Positions 55,235 through 64,000 of a stretch of DNA of 64,000 bases are shown here, one piece after another (position 1 is the first letter of the stretch; every line of letters begins with the position of its first letter). A program made the translations under genes and the position numbers. The stretch covers positions 66,960,001 to 67,024,000 of the forward strand of contig OX597828.1 of assembly GCA_951406725.2 (NCBI GenBank), written 5' to 3'. The notes under the pieces were generated by a model. The model had not been told where the DNA came from. It did not search any database and worked only from the letters and a program-made list of their open reading frames with translations. Source of the stretch: Octopus vulgaris (Eukaryota).

Positions 55235-56030
55235 TGTTTGCTTTCCAACAGCATCGTCCCAGGTTCAGTCCCACTGCTGGCGCCTTATGCAAGTGTTTTG
55301 TACTGTAACCTCGAGCCGACCAAAGTCTTGTGCGTGGATATAGCTGAACGAGGTATAAACAGTAGCTGCAACACATCGTGAAGTATATTTGCCACTTAAA
55401 TGTGGCTAACCACTAAGGGTGGGTGCTACTGTAGCTTGTAGCCCCAGGAAAACATATTCTTCAGCTGGCTATTGACACATTTTCTGTGCCCTATCAGTAT
55501 TTGCAAAGGGAAGCCATCCTTCCCATCGTCGACTTGATGTGATACGCACGGACCCGAGTTTCTGGGTATTTACCCGTCGTCAGAGCACGACAATCGCCGG
55601 TCTTCGATGTGAAGGGGTCCCAATGCAAACATATATATATCCTTTTTCCAGTGACGAAAAGTCACTGATCTCGAAAAAGTGTAAACGAGCAATAATAAAT
55701 CTCTGAACGAGGGTCCGTGCGTATCACATCAGGTCGACGATGGGAAGGGTGGCTTCCCTTTGCAAATACTGATAGGGCACATATACATACATACATACAT
55801 ATATACATATGTGTATGTGTGGGTGTGGGTGTGAGTTTGTCCCCCCATCACTGCTTGACAACCTGTGATGTGTTTACGTTCCCGTAACTAGCGGTTCAGC
55901 AAAAAGAGATTGACAGAGTAAGTATTAGGCTTTACAAAAATAAGTCACAGGGTTGATTTGTTCAACTAAAACCCTTCAAGGCGGTGCTCCAGCATGGGTA
56001 GCAGTCAAATGATTGAAACAAGTAAAAGAA
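55235..56030 (+). mobile_element. SINE family A split by an inverted-repeat and hammerhead-bearing insert (about 55341-55781)
   Basis: 5' part AGGTTCAGTCCCACTG..CCGACCAAAG..GTGGAT. 3' part GCTTGACAACC..GAAACAAGTAAAAG. Confidence 0.8.
55551..55583 (-). ncRNA. Hammerhead ribozyme core (canonical boxes)
   Basis: Minus: CTGACGA-C-GGGT(AAAT)ACCC-A-GAAAC(TCGG)GTC. The helix I partner is absent in this copy. Confidence 0.65.
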
Positions 56031-56055
56031 AAAACGGAATAAAGAATACAATTCT

Positions 56056-56287
56056 TATTTCTATAATTGCCCACAAGGGGCCAAACATAGAAGGGACAAA
56101 CAAGGACAGACAAACAGATTAAGCCGATTACATCGACCCCAGTGCGTAACTGGTACTTAATTTATCGACCCCGAAAGGATGAAAGGCAAAGTCGACCTCT
56201 GCGGAATTTGATCTCAGAACGTAACGGCAGACGAAATACAGCTAAGCATTTCGCCCGGTGTGCTAACGATTCTGCCAGCTCGCCGCC
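56056..56287 (-). mobile_element. SINE family B, full length
   Basis: Head at 56287. 3' end ..GCCCCTTGTGGGCAAT. Confidence 0.9.
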
Positions 56288-56289
56288 TT

Positions 56290-56460
56290 CCAGAAAGTTG
56301 TGGTGAAAGAGTCAGCACAAGTTCGCCATTATCTTCTGCCGGAGCCGCGTGGAGCTTAGGTGTTTCGCTCATAAACACACACATCGCCCGGTCTGAGATA
56401 CGAACCCGCGATCCCTCGACCGCGAGTCCGCATGCTCTAACCACTAGGCCATGTGCCTCC
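56290..56460 (-). mobile_element. SINE family C, 5' part
   Basis: GGAGGCACATGGCCTAGTGGTTAGAG..GGGTTCG..GAGCGAAACACCTAAGCTCCAC, homologous to 58018-58408. Confidence 0.85.
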
Positions 56461-56897
56461 AAGAATACAATTCTTACAGCGACAACAATAACAACATGAA
56501 CAACAGCGAAAACGACCATCACCTCCGCCATCAATCCCTACAACAAACACCACTACCGCCACCCCCACCGCCACCCCCACCGCCACCCCCCCCCCCACAC
56601 CCACCTCCACCACCACCACCACCACCACCACCACCACCACCACCACCAGCACCATTATAACTGTCACCATCCTGAATACTAACAATGTGACAAAACAATA
56701 GATGAACTGCAAAGTATTTTATCTGTTTTTCATGCATGATTGATTTTTTATTATAATTCTGTCAATTAGCAGAAATAACAAAACGATAAACACAAAGAAA
56801 AAAATATAATGAAAACAATGACAAGAGAAAAAAATACACCACCTCCACCTCCACCTCCACCTCCACCACCACCACCACCACCACCACCACCACCACC

Positions 56898-56976
<79 letters not shown>

Positions 56977-57103
56977 ACATCATCAATGATATTGTCACTA
57001 GTAAAACTCACATTCTCATCAAATTTTACATATGTATATGTATGTGTGTCTATAAGAGTGTATACGTATGTGAGTGTAGTATATACGTGCGTATGTATAA
57101 AAT

Positions 57104-57408
57104 GGCGGCGAGCTGGCAGAAACGTTAGCACCCCGGGTGAAGTGCTTAGCAGTATTTCGTCTGTCGTTACGTTCTGAGTTCAAATTCCACCGAGGTCCAC
57201 TTTGCCTTTCATCCTTTCGGGGTCGATTAAATAAGTACCAGTTACGCACTGGGGTCGATATAATCGACTTAATCCGTTTGTCTGTCCTTGTTTGTTATCT
57301 GTGTGTTTAGCCCCTTGTGGGTAGTAAAGAAATAGGTATTTCGTCTGTCTTTACGTTCTGAGTTCAAATTCCGCCGAGGTCGACTTTGCCTTTCATCCTT
57401 TCGGGGTC
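57104..57408 (+). mobile_element. SINE family B with tandem second unit
   Basis: Full copy, then the AAGAAATAGG|TATTTCGTC junction at 57336/57337. Confidence 0.92.
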
Positions 57409-58017
57409 AGGCTTGTTCGATGCTGTCTTGATTGCCACCATTTCGCTTATTCTCAATTCAACATAGATTCTTGTATTGGAGTAGCCGCCATAATGATGCC
57501 TGCAATAATATAAAAAAGAAGTACAACACACTCACCAATTACAAACCCGTGAAATTTAACAAATTTTCAACGGGAAAACAAGCAAACAGAAAATAGTTAG
57601 CAATATCAAACTGACAAAGCACACAAGAGTAAAAACAATAAACATTCTGGCAAATAACGGTGTTGATATTGACTTCAATACACGAACCCTAAATGTAAAC
57701 AACAACAGCAACCACAAGCAGCATCGGTGGCGGGCGTGACGTAGAGACAATATTAGCAGCAAACACGCGGTTGGAAGCGCTTCAGCAATTAAAGGGATTT
57801 AAGATTTAGCCCTGTCATAGCAAAAATATGGGGAAGGGTTTGTAATGAAACTCTCTTTCTTATCCAAACATTTTATCCATCTGTGGGTAGGGAAAGCATT
57901 AAAGTACATTTGGTACACGAAAACGAGGGGCGGGGGACACTTTACAAGACAATTAAAACAAGCGCTCATTGACGTGAAACAGAGTCCATTGAACGAGGTA
58001 ATATATAAGGCAGAAGC

Positions 58018-58408
58018 ACGTGGAGGCGCAATGGCCCAGTGGTTAGGGCAGCGGACTCGCGGTCATAGGATCGCGGTTTCGATTCCTAGACCGGGCGTTG
58101 TGAGTGTTTATTGAGCGAAAACACCTAAAGCTCCACGAGGCTCCAGCAGGGGATGGTGGTGATCCCTGCTGTACTCTTTCATCACAACTTTCTCTCACTC
58201 TTTCTTCCTGTTTCTGTTGTACCTGTATTTCAAAGGGCCGGCCTTGTCACTCTCTGTGTCACGCTGAATATCCCCGAGAACTACGTTAAGGGTACACGTG
58301 TCTGTGGAGTGCTCAGCCACTTACACGTTAATTTCACGAGCAGGCTGTTCCGTTGATCGGATCAACCGGAACCCTCGTCATCGTAACCGACGGAGTGCTT
58401 CCATCATC
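58018..58408 (+). mobile_element. tRNA-derived SINE family C, full length with TSD
   Basis: A box TGGCCCAGTGG, B box GTTTCGATTCC, (CAT)n tail. 13-bp TSD ATAAGGCAGAAGC at 58005-58017 and 58409-58421. Confidence 0.92.
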
Positions 58409-58862
58409 ATAAGGCAGAAGCTGTTTGTTTCTCAGTTCAGAAGATGAAACCAACAAGCAGGCTGATTCACACTAAACCGCTTGTGCAGAAGTTTAGGGGG
58501 CAACACAGCAGTACATAAAATGACATTTAGGGGCGTTGTTGATTTCTGGTTCATTTCCCCACCCTTGTTTTAGTGTAATCTAAGTGGATTGTGAGTACGG
58601 AAATAGCAAGGAACGACGTGTGGTTGGAAGAGCAACTTTATGGGGCTTCAGGATTATAGAGATTTTCTACAGCTGCGCAGAAACGAAGAGTTTAAGGCTG
58701 ATTGCGCGGGCCAAAACATCCTGTTGTTATAGCTGTGATAGGAAGATTGTCTGGAGGGTCTGCTTTCCTATAAAGAACTGGAGAATAGAAGAGAAGGGGA
58801 GGAAAGAAACAAATTACAGGCCTTAAACTGTTGTTGGAAACTATTATTACGGTGCATACCAA

Positions 58863-59260
58863 GGTGGCGAGCTGGCAGAATCGTTAGCAAGCCGAGTAAA
58901 ATGTTTAGCGGTATTTCGTCTGCTGCTACGTTCTGAGTTCAAATTCCGCCGGGGACGACTTTGCCTTTCATCCTTTCGGGGTCGATTAAATAAGTACCAG
59001 TTACGCACTGGGGTCGATATAATCGACTTAATCCGTTTGTCTGTTCTTGTTTGTCTCCTCTGTTAGTAGCCCCTTGTGGGTAGTAAAGAAATAGGTATTT
59101 TGTCTGTTTTTACGTTTGATGTTCAAAGTCCACCGATGTGACTTTGCCTTTCATCCTTTCGGGGTCAATAAAATAAGAACCAGTCGAATACTGGTGTCGA
59201 TGTAATTGACTTCTCCCTCCCCCGAACTCGCTGACTTTGTGCCAAAATTTGAAACCATTA
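58863..59260 (+). mobile_element. SINE family B dimer
   Basis: Full copy, AAATAGG|TATTTTGTC junction near 59095, and a second unit ending GAAACCATTATTAT. Confidence 0.9.
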
Positions 59261-59427
59261 TTATGTTGCATATTTTGTATATTTATTTGTATTTCTTGAG
59301 ATATTTCCATTATTGTCATGTAATTTCTGAGAGAAGCACGAATAACCTTTTAAAGATGCAAAATAATTTTATGATGAAAGCAGGATTTCTTGTTCACCTG
59401 GTATTTACGAACATATATACATACATA

Positions 59428-60867
59428 CAGAGTATGATGTTAAATTGTAACCATTTTATTGTTTTAATTTCGCGCACGCGCATTGTTCGTTCTTGATTTT
59501 GTCGACTACACAGTATAGTAGGGTCAGTTGGGCACCGTCTATGACAAAAAAAAAAAAAAAACAGCACTATGACGCAATTCACTCTGCCAGAAATTTGGAA
59601 ACGACATGCTGTAGTGCTTGACATTCGTACCGGAAGCTCCAATACGAACATTTCAGAGTGTTTGGGTGTCAATCTGAGGATAGTGCAGAGGATTCGGAAG
59701 CAGCTAGGAAAACTCACTCCGATCATGCTGGTAAGAAAAAGAATTCCGGAATTTGTTGGTGAGATCCAGACCATGATTGACAACAATCTTTCCAAGTCAA
59801 TCAAGTCCATTGCCAGGGACATGAGAGTGTCTGAGTTTCTTCTCTGGCCGGCAGTGCATGAAGATATTCGGTATTCCTTATACAAGATGAGAAAGGGCCA
59901 ATTTTCATCCCAAGCCATCAAGGACAGGAGTAAAGACCACGTTATGAAGCTTTTGAACAAACTCAAGCAAGCTCTCCAACTGAACATGCTTTGATTTTTC
60001 TCAGACGAGAAAAGTTTCTGCCAGGATCAGATAGTGAACACACAGAACAATATATTTCTTTACTACCCACAAGGGGCTAAACAAAGAGGGGACATTCAAG
60101 AACAAACACACGGATTAAGTCGATTACATCGACCCCAGTGCGTAACTGGTACTTCATTTATCGACCCCGAAAGGATGAAAGGCAAAGTCGACCTCGGCGG
60201 AATTTGAACTCGGAACGTAACGACAGACGAAATACGGCTACGCATTTCGCCCGGCGCTTAACGTTTCTGCCAGCTCGTCGCCTTAAACACACAGAATAAT
60301 AGTTGGCTTGTCATGTCCCTAAAAGTATACCGAGAGGGATAAAAATCAAACATCCAGTCAACATCATGGTGTTTGGAGCGATCTCTAGTGATGGCGATAT
60401 TATACCGCCATTCATATTCCCACACGGTCTCAGATTCAAACACAGAGGCCTACATCAAATGTCTGGAGGCGTTAATGCTGCCCTGGGTCAAGAGAGTGGT
60501 TGCTGGAAGACCCTATCTCTGGCAACAGGACTCTGCAACATGCCACAAAAGCAGGAGAACCCAGTCATGGCTGTCAGACAATTTCTGCGACTACATCACT
60601 TCTAACATCTAACGTCTGCAACACTCTTACACTCTTGGTTATTATGTGTGGGGTGCAGTTGAGCAAGAGACCAACAAAACTCCTTGTAGCACCAAAGATG
60701 AACTGGAGGCAAAGATTAAGGCGGCGTTCATCAACTTAAACAAGGAAACTGTCCAGAAGAGTTGCAGAACATCCCGAAGGCATTTGGAGGCCGTGGTTGA
60801 AGCCAATGGCGATTTATTGAATAAATTTACTCTTTAGTATTTCAAGATATTTTTATGTAATTTTGGT
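59428..60867 (+). mobile_element. Tc1/mariner DD37D (maT-like) transposon, pseudogenised, right TIR missing, with SINE insertion
   Basis: ORF 59569-59994 (HTH region), FSDEK, IMVFGAISSDG, WQQDSATCH, YYVWGAVE. Homologous to 9786-10612. Confidence 0.92.
60053..60285 (-). mobile_element. SINE family B inserted in the transposase with a 16-bp TSD
   Basis: TSD AACACACAGAA(C/T)AATA at 60037-60052 and 60286-60301. Removing the insert and one TSD restores VNTQNNSWL. Confidence 0.93.
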
Positions 60868-61714
60868 GGGCACACTATAGAGGCATCCAACAAGCTCATG
60901 TGGCCCAATAATAATCAACCAGTGCTGTGGCTGTGTAGCGTTTCCAGTATATTCCTTTATCCGAGGCTCATAACGATTCTAAGACGAGTTTGGTAAGGGT
61001 GAGTCTACAGTTTATGAAATAGAATGGCGGGCTGATTTTAGATGTGGTGATTGTGGAGGTAACCTAATTGTGATAGTAGTGGTGGTGGTGGTGGTAGTGG
61101 TGTTGGTGGGCACTGATGGCGATGGTAGCAACGGTACCATCGGTGGTAATGGTAGAAATAGTAGCATGGGTAGATGGTGGCGGCGGTAGTGGTAGTGGTG
61201 GTGGTTTTGGTGGTGATGGTGGTTGTGGTAGTGCTGGTGGTGGTAGTGGAAATGTTGGTGATTGTGTTGATGCTTGAGGTGATGGTACTGGAAATAGAGT
61301 AGTAGTAGTAGTAGTAGTAGTAGTCTTTTAATCAAGTTAGAAGAGTTGATGTGAGAAATAAAAGAGACAAAGATGGCCGAACAAAGGAAACAAGTGTTGT
61401 AGAAGTAATACAGAGGCGCACGCGCGTGTGTGTGTGTACGCGCGTTTATGAGTATATGTAAATTGGTGAGTGTGCGTGCTGATGTGTTTGCGTTGGCGAG
61501 TGTGTGTGTGTGTGTGTGTGTGTGTATGCGAGAAATGTAAGCGGAGGGCGGTTGTGTGTGCATGCGTGTGTGTGTATGCATGCATGCGTTTTGTAATTAC
61601 GTTTCTGTGTGAGAGAGAGGAAGTGTTTGGAGTTGAGAAAAAAATAGTGTAATTGTGGGTGCGTGTGCGGGTGTGTGTCTGTGAGAGAGGGGAAAGAGAG
61701 TGCGCGCGTGTGTC

Positions 61715-61771
<57 letters not shown>

Positions 61772-62031
61772 ATGTGTTTATATTAAAATGTTCATATGAG
61801 TACATGTGTGATTCCATTAAAATGTTTGTGGTACTTGACAATGTGTGGAATGAAACGCTACGTAATTGAATTTCTTCTAACGTACAGCATACAGCCAGCG
61901 TGCACATAGACACCCAGCCACACCTTATTCAGATTCACATATTAACACACGCTCGTTGCACCCACACGTACGCATGAGACCCATTCGCTCTCTAGCTTTC
62001 TCTCTCACTTACAGACATATTGCACACACGT

Positions 62032-62074
<43 letters not shown>

Positions 62075-62188
62075 CATTTATAGACTGATAGACTAAACCT
62101 GGATATTAAATCAATAACTAGGTTAAAAACTAATTTTCTGATTACAAAAGTTGCTAATATATATTATATATATATATATATACATACA

Positions 62189-62277
<89 letters not shown>

Positions 62278-62282
62278 ACATA

Positions 62283-62358
<76 letters not shown>

Positions 62359-62437
62359 CGTACACACATATGCAGACACACACACATATATATAATGTAA
62401 GTATACATATGTGTGTCTATGTATGTCTCTCTCTCTC

Positions 62438-62526
<89 letters not shown>

Positions 62527-63188
62527 GTATATATATATATGTATGTATTTATATCTATGCATGTGTTGTTGCGTCTGTGTTTGTCCCACCCCCGTCACTG
62601 CTTGATAACCGGTGTTGGCGTGTTTGTCCTCGTAACTTAGCGGTTCGGTAAAAAGAACTATAGAATAAGTACTTTCACTTTCTCCCCCCCCCCTTTGTTT
62701 CCCTTTATTTACTTATTTCCCCTTTTAAACTTGCACAGCACTTGCTTTCCCTCTGAAACTAGTCTCCCTTGTCTGTTTTACACAACTACACACACACAAC
62801 AACAACAACAACACACACACTTACACACACACACACACACACGCACATACCTTTCCCGAGACTAGTTATCTCTTATATCAATCTCTCCCTTCTGTCTCTC
62901 TCTATCCCACTCTGTCTCTCTCTCACACTATTTCTCTTCCATTTTACTCCCCCCCCACACACAGAACGTTCTCCGAAACCAGTGTCCTTCCTTTCCCTGT
63001 TAACATCATACGTCCTCTCCCTTTCCTTTTATAACTCTGCTTCTTTCCACAGTCTTCACCCATTTTCCCAATCTTATACAAAACACCTTTCAAATTTCCC
63101 CTCGATTCATTCATCGAATCACTTCCGCAGGACTTATTTTACCGTAGGAAACCTAGCATTTAAGCTATATATTATATACATATATACA

Positions 63189-63540
63189 AGCGCAGGCGTG
63201 GCTGTGTGGTAAGAAGCTTGCTTCCCAACCACATGGTTCCGGGCTCAGTCCCACTGCGTGGCACCATGAGAAAGTGTCTTCTACTATAGCCTCCTGCTAT
63301 ATTGAAATTGAAAGAAGCCTGTCGTATATATGTGATTGTGTCTGTGTTTGTCCCCTAGCATTGCTTGACAACCGATGCTGGCGTGTTTATGTCCCCGTCA
63401 CTTAGCGGTTCGGCAAAAGAGACCGATAGAATAAGTACTGGGCTTACAAAGAATAAGTCCCGGGGTCGATTTGCTCGACTAAAGGCGGTGCTCCAGCATG
63501 GCCGCAGTCAAATGACTGAAACAAGTAAAAGAGTAAAGAG

Positions 63541-63590
<50 letters not shown>

Positions 63591-63810
63591 TCGCATGTTT
63601 GTGCTTGTGTTTATCCCTCCACCATCGCTTGACAACCGATCTTGGTGTGTTTATGTCCCCGTAAATTAGCGGTTCGGCAAAAGAGACCGATTGAGACCAG
63701 GCTTACAAAGATGGTTCCGGTGTCCGGTCCCAATGTGTGGCACCTCGGGCCGACCAAAGCATTGTGAGTGGATATTGTAAGGGCAACCTGGAAGACTCCC
63801 ATCGTATATA
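63189..63810 (+). mobile_element. SINE family A (63189-63543) followed by a rearranged partial copy (about 63590-63810)
   Basis: Family A head and tail. The second copy has the 3' half placed before a 5'-half fragment. A further 3' fragment lies at about 62570-62673. Confidence 0.85.
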
Positions 63811-64000
63811 TATACATGCTCAAAAAAGTTGTACGACTCTATCATCAGATGAAAAGATGCATGCACATCAGCAGAAAACCATGTATGGATAGGCGAGCAT
63901 AAAACCCCAGGACGACTGCAACTTTGAAGGAAGTAATCTAGGAACAGGAAGTAACAACCAATTTCCCGATGCACAAAAGACACAGAGACGCAGAAAGAAC

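Noticed and set aside
58022-58100. tRNA genes at SINE heads (also 32335, 56400, 9653)
   Set aside because: A/B boxes are present but there is no complete cloverleaf, and they continue into repeat bodies.

Overview
AT-rich eukaryotic (animal) intergenic or intronic DNA. I can support no host protein-coding gene. The SINE families and the microsatellite load look like a coleoid cephalopod, probably Octopus (inference from pattern recognition only). The window is a mosaic of long microsatellites ((TA)n, (TATG)n, (ATCT)n, (AAT)n, (CA)n, trinucleotide runs) and decayed mobile elements. These include about 25 tRNA-derived SINE copies in 4 families, REL-endonuclease non-LTR fragments (R4/Dong-like and one HERO-like), and Tx1/L1, RTE and CR1 LINE ends. 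There is also a Mag-type Gypsy 5' half with LTR and tRNA-Ser PBS, a solo LTR, Tc1/mariner elements (DD37D, DD41D, mariner-type) and a hAT remnant. Almost all ORFs in the supplied track are microsatellite artefacts. The most notable signal is 8-9 complete or partial hammerhead-ribozyme-like motifs in short non-coding modules embedded in or next to microsatellites. They include a 234-bp tandem pair and cores next to long inverted repeats, which suggests Penelope-like or retrozyme-type elements with atypical cores. The second is a consistent relationship between microsatellite type, retroelement family and orientation.
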